Shown piece after piece: positions 8,902 through 19,434 of a stretch of DNA of 64,000 nt. Positions within the stretch are counted from its first letter, which is position 1; each line of letters begins with the position of its first letter. The translations under genes and the position numbers were made by a program. The notes under the pieces are model-generated. The model saw only the letters and a list, made by a program, of their open reading frames with translations. It had not been told where the DNA came from and made no database searches. This stretch comes from Gammaproteobacteria bacterium (GTDB lineage: Bacteria; Pseudomonadota; Gammaproteobacteria; Pseudomonadales; Oleiphilaceae), in assembly GCA_002747055.1 (NCBI GenBank), contig PDSQ01000028.1, positions 17,516-81,515 of the forward strand. The letters are read 5' to 3'.

Positions 8902-11841
8902 CTAGCCGATGACCTGCGCATCCTCCAGATGGCGCAGGTCGCGCCACCAGGCGCTGCTTTTGGTTTCGACAACGAAATACAGCTTGTCCTCGTCCGCAAC
9001 AATAACTGCCCAGTCAGGCTTATAGAAGCCAAGAGGGGTTGGCACTTTGAACCAGGCAGGCAATTTGGCGTAGACCTTGACGTTCTCATTCTTTTCCAGG
9101 CCTTCGGCGAAGGATTTCTTCACACCGTTTGAGTCGTACACAACCTGAGTGTAAACAGATTGTTGTACTGTCAGCGTATTCTTCAGAAACCCTTTCAGCT
9201 CTTCTTGCTGAAACAACTCCTGGGCATAAAAGTGACCTTCCCCGATCCTGGTGTATTTGACTCCTGCTACCAGCGCCAGCCGCTTGGTGTGATTGATCGC
9301 TTCCGAGCAGTAGTCGATAAACTGCTGAGGGTTGCGCAAAAAGTCTTGCAGCCGGCGACTTTTCCTAAGTATCTGAACAATGCTCTTTCTGGTAAGCTGA
9401 GTTTTATCCTGCAAGTCGGTAATAATATCGGGCAATTCGATATTTGCCTCGTCAATACTTACCGACTCGCCAATGCTTGTTTCAATCGCCGCCACACCAC
9501 CTTTCCCGATAGCAATATCGGCTTTTCGAAATTGGGCGCGGGTTTCAGTGATTGGCGGACAGCTCGTTATCGCGTCGGCACAATCGTTCAGGAGTTTGAG
9601 GTTGTCGAACTCCACACGGTAGGTAGTCTTGTATTTGATCTTGTCCCAGAGTTGGCGAAAGTCATCTGATTCAAGAACGGCTTGCCGTGTTCGAACGATC
9701 TTGCGGTCATCGGCATTCTTGATATCGAGCTTACCGGCCAGCTTACGCAGCACCGCGTGAACATCCGAAGCTAGAATATCGGCCTGTTCTTCTCCATGAT
9801 TCTTGATCAGCATCTGCTTGATCGCTTTTGGTAACGAAAAATTGCCATCTTTCAGCACCGCTCGAAGACTGTCCTGAACTTTGCCCTTGGCATCGACAAA
9901 TCGCTGTTCTTCAAGAAACTGCCAAATTTTTTCGGACTGTTCTACGCCCAAGGGTGCAACGTCGCCCTGATCGTTAAACGTCTGGATAGCCGCAAATCGA
10001 TGCGGCTCGACAATACCGAAGCGAATTCCGGTATCCCGCTCGATCTCTTTTTGCAGGTTTTCGGCAAATTTTTCATAGTCTTCCGTGGCAATTACGGTCA
10101 AGGTATTTACGTCGTTGCCACGTAACCTTTCACCGTTCTGATCGACACAAAGGCGCAGACCACGACCCAGTGTCTGGCGACGTTCCCGTTCACTGCCCAT
10201 ATCACGCAGCGTACAAATCTGAAACACGTTGGGATTGTCCCAGCCTTCCTTCAATGCGGAATGGGAGAAAATAAATTTCAACTTGGTATCCAAGCTCAGT
10301 AATTTTTCCTTTTCTTTCATAATCAGGTTGTATGCTCGCTCTGCATTGTCACGATTCGCCTGATTATTCTCGGCGGTCTCGACGGATCGACCTTTTTTGT
10401 CGATGGAAAAATAACCGTTGTGAGCCTGTTTCGCCTCGACTTCCAAATCAGTTTCCTTGAACAGACTTTGATATTCGATTGATTTGGCCAGGGTTCGATA
10501 TTCTTCCTCAAACATCTGTGCGTACTTACCTTCGATAGCGTGACCGTCTTCGTCGTACTGGCGATAATGCGCGACACTATCAATGAAGAACAGGCTCAGG
10601 ACTTTAATTGGCGTGTTGTTCGCGGCAAATATCCGCTCTTTGTCAAAGTGTTCCTTGATGGTACGGCGAATCATCAAACGCTTGATCTGGTCGGGATCGA
10701 CACCGCTAATCGCCTCGCCCGGCCTGAGCAATCGATCGAACCCACCATTGCTGCACAAGGCTTTAACCTGAATGGATTCATTGGTCTTGCCACAGTGAAT
10801 GGTACCAATCTGCATGTTTTCGTAGATGGCTCGGCCAGTGACCTGTTCCAGATCGTCGCCATCCTCGACAGCCACTAGTTCTCGCCGAATGTTCTTACCA
10901 CGCTGTACCGCCACTTCAACCTTTGCGGTGATCGAGCCTTTACGATTATGCGTTGATTCCAGTCGGATATAGGGCTGGCTATAACCACCATCGATCTGGA
11001 GTGAAGCTACCTCGATCTGTTTTACCAGGCCACGTTCATAGGCATCCACCGCATCCAGGCGGAAAATTATATGATGCTTATCCACATGGGTTGCGGAATA
11101 ACGCAGGGTACACAGCGGATTCATCGCCGTAAGCGCCGCCTTGCCTTTACCCGTCAGCCCCCCGTCTACGCTTTGTGGCTCATCGACGACGATAATCGGA
11201 TTTGTAGCGCGAACCAGGTCGATGGGTTTTTCACCGCCTGTGTTCTCATTTTCTTTATACAGGTTGTTGACATCCTTCTTGTTAATCGCACCGACTGTCG
11301 TCACCATGATCTGAATAGTGGCGCTGGTAGCAAAGTTGCGCAGCTGTCCCAGCTTTTTCGAATCATAAAGAAAATATTCGTAGCCCTTGGCCTTCGGATA
11401 CAAACCGTCGAAATGCTCCTGGGTGATTTGCAAGGTTTTATAGATACCTTCCTTGATAGCGATCGAAGGCACAACAATGACAAATTTAGTAAAGCCATAG
11501 TGCTTGTTTAACTCAAAAATCGTTCGCAAATAGACATAGGTTTTGCCCGTTCCTGTCTCCATTTCAACAGTAAAGTCGGCGCTAGTCAGTTTCTTAGAGG
11601 GGCGTAAGCCATTCTGCAGCTGCACCTTGCGCAGGTTCTCGGCAATGTCCTCATCCACCAACAACAGTCTGTTACCAATACCAAGCTGATTTTCCAGTTG
11701 CCCATCTGTATCAATACTCGATTGTATCGGTGCCATCACAGTGAACTCAGAACACGAGATTTCCTGACCTTTGAACAAATTGACCACCGAGTCTATCGCG
11801 GCTTTTTGATAGTCCAGATCATCTTCAAAATGCAGCTTCAT
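8902..11841 (-). CDS. res: Type III restriction enzyme Res subunit (possibly lacking its last ~25-30 residues)
   Basis: Walker A 'METGTGKT', 'VDEPQ', 'ALKEGWDNPNVFQIC', 'QTLGRGLRL', nuclease 'PDW...VETK'. Confidence 0.93.
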   Translation of the reverse strand: MKLHFEDDLDYQKAAIDSVVNLFKGQEISCSEFTVMAPIQSSIDTDGQLENQLGIGNRLLLVDEDIAENLRKVQLQNGLRPSKKLTSADFTVEMETGTGKTYVYLRTIFELNKHYGFTKFVIVVPSIAIKEGIYKTLQITQEHFDGLYPKAKGYEYFLYDSKKLGQLRNFATSATIQIMVTTVGAINKKDVNNLYKENENTGGEKPIDLVRATNPIIVVDEPQSVDGGLTGKGKAALTAMNPLCTLRYSATHVDKHHIIFRLDAVDAYERGLVKQIEVASLQIDGGYSQPYIRLESTHNRKGSITAKVEVAVQRGKNIRRELVAVEDGDDLEQVTGRAIYENMQIGTIHCGKTNESIQVKALCSNGGFDRLLRPGEAISGVDPDQIKRLMIRRTIKEHFDKERIFAANNTPIKVLSLFFIDSVAHYRQYDEDGHAIEGKYAQMFEEEYRTLAKSIEYQSLFKETDLEVEAKQAHNGYFSIDKKGRSVETAENNQANRDNAERAYNLIMKEKEKLLSLDTKLKFIFSHSALKEGWDNPNVFQICTLRDMGSERERRQTLGRGLRLCVDQNGERLRGNDVNTLTVIATEDYEKFAENLQKEIERDTGIRFGIVEPHRFAAIQTFNDQGDVAPLGVEQSEKIWQFLEEQRFVDAKGKVQDSLRAVLKDGNFSLPKAIKQMLIKNHGEEQADILASDVHAVLRKLAGKLDIKNADDRKIVRTRQAVLESDDFRQLWDKIKYKTTYRVEFDNLKLLNDCADAITSCPPITETRAQFRKADIAIGKGGVAAIETSIGESVSIDEANIELPDIITDLQDKTQLTRKSIVQILRKSRRLQDFLRNPQQFIDYCSEAINHTKRLALVAGVKYTRIGEGHFYAQELFQQEELKGFLKNTLTVQQSVYTQVVYDSNGVKKSFAEGLEKNENVKVYAKLPAWFKVPTPLGFYKPDWAVIVADEDKLYFVVETKSSAWWRDLRHLEDAQVIG

Positions 11842-11843
11842 TT

Positions 11844-11951
11844 TTACTCGTCTTGTCCTTCTTGGTTATCGATCAGTCGCAACACGCGTTGTTTCAAGGC
11901 CAATGCTCTTTGGGCAATCAACGGATAAAACGTCTCCAGGTCACTGATCAC
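11844..11951 (-). pseudogene. 35-codon ORF between mod and res, probably a deleted accessory gene
   Basis: GTG overlaps the mod stop (GTGA); reads MISDLETFYPLIAQRALALKQRVLRLIDNQEGQDE* and stops 2 nt before the res ATG. Confidence 0.45.
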
Positions 11952-13822
11952 AAACTCCTTACATGAGTTATACCGTTTCGCTCAAGAATGGCGACCATAT
12001 TGGTTTTTGTAACGTCATCGCTGAACGCACTATCCCGGAAGAAAACTTGAGTATCCGAACTGGGCGCAAGCTCTCGACGCCATTTAACGATACCCTGGCC
12101 GATCGCTTCGACCTGCTCCTTGGCAATGGAATTATCGAGGCAAGCGAACAGCGCACCAGAGCCAATGTTGTAAATTGTCTTTCCGACCCATTTGCGACTT
12201 GCAACTGGAGCGGCAAGATCCAGGCCGCGCTTCAAGATAAGCTCGTACAAAATATCGGTATTGGTTCTGCCTTCGAGCAGGTGCTGTTCGTGGGCAAGAA
12301 GACTATGCTCAAGATCCGAATGATCTGGATTCCACACCTGGATATTCGACGCCGCCAGTCTAAACACCTTGATGCCAATATCGACACTTGTTGATCGCTC
12401 CCGCAGCAAGGACGAGGTACGTTTAACACGTGTCTTTGCCAGGTCGGCAATGGTCTGCAAATTTTTTTCTTCTACCTTCAAAGGTTCAGGCAATTGCACG
12501 AGTATATAGCGACGATCCCCATTGTCTTCATGGTTTTTTTCCAGCACTGCCTGGCCGGTTACGCCACTACCGGCAAAAAAATCCAGCACGATATCTTGGC
12601 CAATTGCTCGCGTTCCAATTTGCAGGATTCGTTTAATCAGACGAGACGGTTTGACCGAATTGAGAACGTTTTCTGTCTTTTCGAAATTGACATATTCAAG
12701 AAGTTCTTCTTTGGCTTCCTGGGTATGCCCGACATCCTTATACTTCCATAATGTTTGAGGCACGACACCTTGTTTCACTTCCGACAAAAACCGTTTCAAC
12801 CTCGGTACGTTAGCACCATTCTCTCCCCACCATATTCGATTGTCGCTATCCAGCTCCTGAAACTTTTCATGAGAAAAACGCCAGTAGGTTCCTTTCGGGT
12901 TACTGAATTTTTCTCCGGATGGGCTGGTCACTTCGTAAACTCCCTTGCCGTAGTAATTGCGTGCCTGTATTGCACCGGACAGCCAAGGGCCTCTTGGATC
13001 ATTATCGGGATTTTTGTACCTGCCTAAAGAATTATCCGATCGGGGCAATAACTCGGGTCGCCAAACCGCTTTGTTCTTTGAGTAAATGAGTATGTAGTCA
13101 TGATCTTCAGAAAAGTATTGTGCGGTATTCTTGGGCGAAAACACCTTTTGCCAGACAACTGTTGCAATAAAATTGTCTTCACCAAATATATCGGTGCAAA
13201 TCGTTCGTAAATTCTCTACCTCATCTTCGCCTATCGAGATAAAAATCGCACCCTCACGACTCAACAGTGCTCTCGCAAGCCTGAGCCTTGGGTACATCAT
13301 ATTCAGCCAGTTTGTGTGCTTTCTTCCTGCCGTTTCTGTATTCGTTGAAAACTTGGCGCCCGTACCAGCAATCTGGCCCGTGTATTTGAGATAAGTCTCC
13401 AGATTTTGCTGAAACCTGTCAGGATAAATAAATTCCTTACCGGTATTGTACGGTGGATCGATATAGATCACTTTTACCTGGTTGGCATAACTCTTTTGCA
13501 GCAGCTTGAGCACTGCCAGGTTATCACCCTCAATAAACAGATTTTTCGTCGTATCCCAAGCAACGCTCTCCTCCCGACATGGCAGTAGCGTTGCAGTCGA
13601 AGGCATTAGGGCAATTTGACGGGCTTTCTTCTTGCCGTGCCAGTCAAGGCCATACTTCTCTTCGCCTTCGTCCAGCACCCTGGCATCCCCCAACAACTGG
13701 CGCAGCACATCAAAATTTACCCCGCCCTCACTGAATGCCTCGGGGAACAAGGCTTGCAGTTGCTCGATGTTATCTGCCACGATGTCGGCACTTTCGCCAT
13801 CTTTGGGTTGTACTTGTTTCAT
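11948..13822 (-). CDS. mod: Type III R-M adenine methyltransferase Mod
   Basis: 'IEGDNL', 'IYIDPPYNTG', 'HTNWLNMMYPRL', 'DFFAGSG'; directly upstream of res. Confidence 0.95.
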   Translation of the reverse strand: MKQVQPKDGESADIVADNIEQLQALFPEAFSEGGVNFDVLRQLLGDARVLDEGEEKYGLDWHGKKKARQIALMPSTATLLPCREESVAWDTTKNLFIEGDNLAVLKLLQKSYANQVKVIYIDPPYNTGKEFIYPDRFQQNLETYLKYTGQIAGTGAKFSTNTETAGRKHTNWLNMMYPRLRLARALLSREGAIFISIGEDEVENLRTICTDIFGEDNFIATVVWQKVFSPKNTAQYFSEDHDYILIYSKNKAVWRPELLPRSDNSLGRYKNPDNDPRGPWLSGAIQARNYYGKGVYEVTSPSGEKFSNPKGTYWRFSHEKFQELDSDNRIWWGENGANVPRLKRFLSEVKQGVVPQTLWKYKDVGHTQEAKEELLEYVNFEKTENVLNSVKPSRLIKRILQIGTRAIGQDIVLDFFAGSGVTGQAVLEKNHEDNGDRRYILVQLPEPLKVEEKNLQTIADLAKTRVKRTSSLLRERSTSVDIGIKVFRLAASNIQVWNPDHSDLEHSLLAHEQHLLEGRTNTDILYELILKRGLDLAAPVASRKWVGKTIYNIGSGALFACLDNSIAKEQVEAIGQGIVKWRRELAPSSDTQVFFRDSAFSDDVTKTNMVAILERNGITHVRSL

Positions 13823-13939
13823 TTAGCTGCCTCGTATACCAGTCTTGGCATCCACTGGCGTTTTTTGTATGCTCGGCATTCTGATTGGAATAACACTGTT
13901 AAATTTACCAGCCAACCCTGAACTTGGCAAAGCCTCACA

Positions 13940-14320
13940 ATGAACGAAGCAGATTTAAAACAATACTTACTCGGCAAACCTGAAGCCATAGAAGACTACC
14001 CGTTTGGCCCTGACGTGTCGGTATTCAAAATATGCGGAAAAATGTTTGCGCTTATCGGGTTTGAAAACGAGGTGATGCAGATTAACTTAAAATGTGATCC
14101 TGACGAAGCCGCGCAACTAAGGGATGTTTTTGATGCTGTGATCCCCGGCTACCACATGAATAAAACCCATTGGAATACAGTGATTATCGATGGTTCACTT
14201 CCAGATGGTGAAATACAACGAATGATAGATAACTCTTACAGCCTGGTGGTGAAAGGATTGAAAAAAGCCGAACGCACAAGGTTGGAGATAACGCACGGCA
14301 AAGACAGAAGCCACCCGTAG
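13940..14320 (+). CDS. MmcQ/YjbR-family DNA-binding protein
   Basis: 'YPFGPD..VFKI.GKMFA', 'NLKCDP', 'PGYHMNK.HWNT'. Confidence 0.92.
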   Translation: MNEADLKQYLLGKPEAIEDYPFGPDVSVFKICGKMFALIGFENEVMQINLKCDPDEAAQLRDVFDAVIPGYHMNKTHWNTVIIDGSLPDGEIQRMIDNSYSLVVKGLKKAERTRLEITHGKDRSHP

Positions 14321-14405
14321 CGGGTATATCGACCCGCCATATTGAAGTCCGGTTTGCCCAGACACAGTTTGCGCGCACAACTGTGCCCAGACAGCAGGCA
14401 TAGCC

Positions 14406-16043
14406 TCAGGACACTTTAAAACGGTGGGATATTTGACTCAACTCATCGGCCAGACGTGCCAGATCGGTACAGGCCGCCGACGTTTGCTGTGATCCTTGCG
14501 ATGTCGCTTCAGCCACATTACTGATACTCAAAATATTGGCACTCATTTCGTTGGCGACAGCGGCTTGCTGCGAAGCGGTTGTCGCAATACTGGCACTGGT
14601 ATTTTTAATCGCGGCGACACTATCATTGATGACATTTAAACATTCAGCCACTTCCGATATTTGTTCGACACTAGTTTTCGCTTTTTCACGGCCAACACCC
14701 ATCACCGACACCGCATTTCGTGAGCAAACTTGTAAACGGTCTACCATGGCTTCAATTTCTTCAACGGAATTCTGGGTTCGCTTTGCGAGGGTACGCACTT
14801 CATCGGCGACCACCGCAAAGCCGCGACCCTGCTCGCCCGCCCGGGCCGCCTCGATGGCCGCATTCAACGCCAGTAAATTGGTTTGCTCCGCAATGCCACG
14901 AATCACGTCCAGGATAGTGCCAATATTCTCGCAGTCCTTCTCGAGCCCGTTAATTACCTGGGAGGCTCTTTCCACTTCTTCGGCCAAGCCATTGATAGCA
15001 GATTTGGTACTATTGACTACCCGATGGCCTTTTTCCGCTTCGTTATGTGCATGTTCTGTCGATGCCGCTGCGTTTTCGGTATTGCCAGATACCTCGTTTA
15101 CAGAATCCGACATCTGCTCCATGGCCGAGGCAATCACATCGATCTCCTGATACTGTTTGGTCACGCCTTCACTGGTTTGTGACGAAATCGCTGAAAGCTG
15201 GCCAGAACCCGATACCAACTTCTCTACCGATTGCAACACATCATTCATACTGGTTTGAAATATCGATAACATCTCGTTGAAGGAATCGGCCATTGTCCCG
15301 ATTTCGTTGTTCCCCATCTCAGGGGCACGCAGAGTTAAATCCTTGCTATCCGCGACCTTCTTCATCACCTTCTGCAACGAGGATACCTGGTGATTGATGA
15401 AGTTGGACAAAAGCACAATTACTACCAACATGAATAGCAAAATACCACCAACGAAGATAACGGCACCCATCGCCAATTCATTGTACTTGACATTGATATC
15501 ATCGATATAAGTACCCGCTCCAACGACCCAGCCCCAGGGGGTAAAGCCTTTGACGTAAGCGATTTTATCGAGTGGTCGATCACCACCGGGTCGAGGCCAT
15601 TGATATTTCACAAAACCCGCGCCAATTCGTTTCACGACATTGACCATTTCGACAAATATGGCTTTACCATTAGGGTCTTTAATCATGCTGACATCCTGGC
15701 CAGTCATCTCGGGGTGATGAGGATTCATCACAACTTTAGGATACATATCACTAATAAAAATATACTGGTCACCGCCATAACGTATTGTCTTTAAAGCATC
15801 GATGGCCTCCTGCTTGGCTTGACTTTCAGTCAATGCACCGTCCCGATAATCCTGATAAAAATGCTCAACAGCGGAAAAGGCGACCTCCAGGGCATACTGA
15901 GAGTTTAACTTGCTTTGTTCAAATAACTCATCCTTGAGGGATGACAAAAACATCAGCTGCATCATTGCCATCGCAAACACCACCACGGCAAGAATCGACA
16001 TAAGTTTCTTTTTAATACTTAGTTTGTTGAGAAAATCGGACAT
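14406..16043 (-). CDS. Methyl-accepting chemotaxis protein, single Cache_2 sensor
   Basis: TM, Cache ('DPNGK..F.EM', 'YQWPRP', '[10 protein letters not shown]'), TM, HAMP, and signalling hairpin '[34 protein letters not shown]'. Confidence 0.95.
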   Translation of the reverse strand: MSDFLNKLSIKKKLMSILAVVVFAMAMMQLMFLSSLKDELFEQSKLNSQYALEVAFSAVEHFYQDYRDGALTESQAKQEAIDALKTIRYGGDQYIFISDMYPKVVMNPHHPEMTGQDVSMIKDPNGKAIFVEMVNVVKRIGAGFVKYQWPRPGGDRPLDKIAYVKGFTPWGWVVGAGTYIDDINVKYNELAMGAVIFVGGILLFMLVVIVLLSNFINHQVSSLQKVMKKVADSKDLTLRAPEMGNNEIGTMADSFNEMLSIFQTSMNDVLQSVEKLVSGSGQLSAISSQTSEGVTKQYQEIDVIASAMEQMSDSVNEVSGNTENAAASTEHAHNEAEKGHRVVNSTKSAINGLAEEVERASQVINGLEKDCENIGTILDVIRGIAEQTNLLALNAAIEAARAGEQGRGFAVVADEVRTLAKRTQNSVEEIEAMVDRLQVCSRNAVSVMGVGREKAKTSVEQISEVAECLNVINDSVAAIKNTSASIATTASQQAAVANEMSANILSISNVAEATSQGSQQTSAACTDLARLADELSQISHRFKVS

Positions 16044-16211
16044 TGAATGGGTACCTGTAAAAAGAGAAAAATGCACTTTCACTTTAAGCGTAGAAGCCAT
16101 CAAAGCCCTTTTCAACCCAAAATTGAGTTACCGCTGCGATTGGAGGAAACGAATAGATTGAACCCGATGAGCTGGGAGCTGGAACGAATATGGTGGCAGA
16201 CCCGGGTAAGC

Positions 16212-16237
16212 AAAAAAGGGCCTCACGGCCCTTTTTT
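16212..16237. terminator. Intrinsic terminator downstream of hppA (A- and T-tracts on both sides)
   Basis: AAAAAAGGGCC-TCAC-GGCCCTTTTTT perfect hairpin. Confidence 0.85.
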
Positions 16238-16281
16238 AATCGATTGCTTGGTTTCGCTAAATGGCTTAGCGCAATCAATCG

Positions 16282-18411
16282 CTAACCCACCAAAATGCCA
16301 CCATATTGAACGAAGAATGGGGCGAATACCAGACTGAGAATCGCTGACAGTTTAATCAGGATATTCAGAGAAGGCCCGGAAGTATCCTTCAACGGATCAC
16401 CAACGGTATCACCGACAACAGCGGCCTTATGTTCATCAGATCCTTTACCGCCAAAATTGCCGGCTTCGATGTATTTCTTGGCGTTGTCCCAGCCACCACC
16501 ACTGTTTGAGGCTGAAATAGCCAACACACCACCGGTAACCAGGGAACCAGCCAGCACGCCAGCGACCGCTTCCACGCCAAACAGCAAGCCGGTCACTATT
16601 GGCGTACCCATAATCAAGACGCCGGGAGCGATCATTTCTTTCAAGGCCGCCTTTGTCGAAATCGCCACACACTGCGCATAGTCCGGAGCACCCGTGCCTT
16701 CCATCAGGCCCGGAATTTCTCGAAACTGGCGGCGTACCTCTTCGATCATTTCAAATGCGGCATCGCCGACAGAACGCATAGTCATTGCAACAAACAAAAA
16801 TGGCAAAACGGCACCGATAAACAAACTGGTGTAAACCCGCGGGTCAAGCAGACTCATGCTGATGGGCTCACCCCGCAGATTGGATGCGGCGGTAATAAAG
16901 GCCGCAAACAATGCCAGTGATGTCAGAATTGCCGCACCAATAGCGAAGCCTTTACCAATAGCGGCGGTTGTGTTGCCGGCGGAATCTAAAATATCAGTGC
17001 GCTGTCGTACCTCACTTTCCAGACCCACCATCTCGGCAATGCCGCCTGCGTTGTCTGCGACCGGGCCGTAGGCGTCGATCATCAACGCGACCACCAATGT
17101 TCCCAACATGCCGAGTGAAGCAATCGCGACACCGTACATACCGGCAAGATCCCAGGAGATAAAAATACTCGCCGCGATACAGACATAGGGTAAAACGGTA
17201 CTTTTATATCCCAACGAAAGACCAAAGATAATATTGGTTGCGACACCGGTTTCACACGACCCGGCCAATTCCTGCACCGGCTTGTATTTGTCTGAAGTGT
17301 AGTAGTCTGTCAGCAGCCCAACAGCCAGCCCGGCGATCAGTCCGGCTAGGAAACACCCGTACACACCCATGCTACTGTATTGTTCGCCATTCAATTCAAA
17401 CTGTCCGGGAATCAGTGCCATAGTGACCAGAAATATAACGACAGCCATTATCGCGCTGGAAACGATAAGCAACTTGCGCAGCGCGGGCGCCACGTCGTCT
17501 TCCTTTTGCACGTTGATCAGGTATTTGGTAAGCAGACTGACAGGAATACCGACCGCGGTGATAAGAATGGGGTACAGCAACGCATTCGGGTCGGCTGCGA
17601 ATACCACTGCACTGATTACCATGGCTGCACACGTCGATTCGGCACAAGAACCAAACAAATCGGCTCCCATGCCAGCGACATCCCCGACATTGTCGCCGAC
17701 GTTATCGGCGATCACAGCCGGATTACGAGGATCGTCTTCAGGAATTCCTTTTTCTACCTTACCTACCAAATCCGCACCAACATCCGCCGCCTTGGTAAAA
17801 ATGCCACCACCGACCCGGGCAAACAGCGCAATGGTCGATCCGCCAAGGCCAAAACCGGCAATCACTTCCATCAGTATATGATTGTTTTCCGGGCCAAGAT
17901 CGGAAAGCAGCGCACTCATAACACCATAAATCACGACCAGACCCAGCGAAGCCAGGCCCACCAGGGCAAACCCCATCACCGCGCCGGAATTGATGGCCAT
18001 CTCGAACGCATCGGAAATAGTGCTTCTGGCCGCAACCGTAGTACGGGCATTGCCTTGGGTGGCCACCTTCATCCCGATATAGCCGGAAGCAATGGAAATA
18101 GCGGCACCAAACAGAAACGCAATGGCCGTATAGATACCCTCTGTAATATCTGGCGTATGAGAATCATCGATAAGAATTGCAATGATAGCGGCAAATGCCA
18201 CCATAAAGATGGCCAGGAACTTGTATTCCTGCTTCAAGAAGGCCATTGCACCATCCGCGATGGCACCGTGAATAAATTTCAAGCGCTTGCTGTCTTTTGC
18301 ATCTAGTCCCATCGCTATCGGCACACTGTTCACCTTCTTCATATAAAAGAAGGCAATTGCCAAACCCGATAATGACAATAAGATGGAGAATATCATTGTG
18401 ATCCCCGACAT
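16282..18411 (-). CDS. hppA: Membrane-integral cation-pumping pyrophosphatase, K+-dependent type
   Basis: '[11 protein letters not shown]', 'DNVGDNVGD', '[10 protein letters not shown]' (Ala marks K+-dependence), '[14 protein letters not shown]'. Confidence 0.96.
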   Translation of the reverse strand: MSGITMIFSILLSLSGLAIAFFYMKKVNSVPIAMGLDAKDSKRLKFIHGAIADGAMAFLKQEYKFLAIFMVAFAAIIAILIDDSHTPDITEGIYTAIAFLFGAAISIASGYIGMKVATQGNARTTVAARSTISDAFEMAINSGAVMGFALVGLASLGLVVIYGVMSALLSDLGPENNHILMEVIAGFGLGGSTIALFARVGGGIFTKAADVGADLVGKVEKGIPEDDPRNPAVIADNVGDNVGDVAGMGADLFGSCAESTCAAMVISAVVFAADPNALLYPILITAVGIPVSLLTKYLINVQKEDDVAPALRKLLIVSSAIMAVVIFLVTMALIPGQFELNGEQYSSMGVYGCFLAGLIAGLAVGLLTDYYTSDKYKPVQELAGSCETGVATNIIFGLSLGYKSTVLPYVCIAASIFISWDLAGMYGVAIASLGMLGTLVVALMIDAYGPVADNAGGIAEMVGLESEVRQRTDILDSAGNTTAAIGKGFAIGAAILTSLALFAAFITAASNLRGEPISMSLLDPRVYTSLFIGAVLPFLFVAMTMRSVGDAAFEMIEEVRRQFREIPGLMEGTGAPDYAQCVAISTKAALKEMIAPGVLIMGTPIVTGLLFGVEAVAGVLAGSLVTGGVLAISASNSGGGWDNAKKYIEAGNFGGKGSDEHKAAVVGDTVGDPLKDTSGPSLNILIKLSAILSLVFAPFFVQYGGILVG

Positions 18412-18569
18412 TTATCTCTCTCCGTTAGGTTAGTAATAAAAAAGGCTAATAATTTAGCTGGTTATTGTTTTAGTTTGCATATCAAGACTGGAACGTCCTG
18501 ACCTGATTATAGGTTGAAAAGCCAAGCTTCGCACATTTATATGTCTTATACCTCATATATGGTTTATAC

Positions 18570-19217
18570 CTAAGGCTTGAAGGCACACCCCTGTATGACC
18601 GGAGAAACCAGACTGATGATACCGGGGTGACGATAGGCTTGATAGTCGTGAAAATGGAACCCCTGATTATGAAAAAGCTGATAGGTGTCCCGATTCAGGT
18701 TGCAGCCACAACTGACCCGATTCCACAGCGGGTTCAGGCGCTCCTGCCATTTTGCCAGTGATCGGGCACTGCGCTTGTCACTGGCCATTTCAGTCGCCGC
18801 CGAGACATGCTCAAAGAAAAACAGCTTACCCCCTGGTTTGAGTACCCGATACACTTCCCGAGCGGCCGCTTCCGGGTTCGGTATGGTACAAAACACCAAA
18901 AACGCAACCACGGTATCGAAACTCTCGTCCGGATACGTCAGAGCTTGAGCATCACCATGTTCAATCGACACCGAGGCACCGGCAAACCCGTGTTTGGCAT
19001 CATGGCACTTATCCCTGAGCGCGTGACTGGGTTCAATCCCGACCAACTCTGACACCCCAGCGGAATAAAATGGCAGACTGATACCGCTACCCACACCAAT
19101 TTCCAACACGCGACCCGAAGCCCGCGACAACACCTCCTCGCGCTGTCGCCTGAAAGCCCGATCAGCCACCTTTAGAACCCAGGGAAAAATAGTTTTCTCA
19201 TAAAATGCGTAAATCAC
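18570..19217 (-). CDS. Class I SAM-dependent methyltransferase
   Basis: 'VLEIGVGSG', 'GDAQAL.Y.D.SFDTVV', 'RVLKPGG...F.EH'. Confidence 0.88.
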   Translation of the reverse strand: MIYAFYEKTIFPWVLKVADRAFRRQREEVLSRASGRVLEIGVGSGISLPFYSAGVSELVGIEPSHALRDKCHDAKHGFAGASVSIEHGDAQALTYPDESFDTVVAFLVFCTIPNPEAAAREVYRVLKPGGKLFFFEHVSAATEMASDKRSARSLAKWQERLNPLWNRVSCGCNLNRDTYQLFHNQGFHFHDYQAYRHPGIISLVSPVIQGCAFKP

Positions 19218-19434
19218 TCGACGACACCTGTTTTATTTTTATCAGTCTCGCCAGTCTAGCACAGTGTGACCGATGAAAGCGCTCCAATCGTCTAACCCAC
19301 TTATTTTGAGTGGTACGACTTTAAGCCAATGGTTTTTCATATTATTCTAGTTTTTATTCTGAATCACGCTGGCATCAGAGACCACCGCCAAGAATTAACG
19401 GTAACCCGTTAAGGAAAAACGCTCAGGTTTCGCT

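Noticed and set aside
11948-13822. Phase-variable mod (phasevarion)
   Set aside because: I saw no simple-sequence repeat tract in the ORF or upstream.
17380-18306. 308-aa + strand ORF, and similar ones at 14536-15150, 56414-57064 and 61292-62431
   Set aside because: Antisense shadows of well-conserved genes, with no motifs or RBS.
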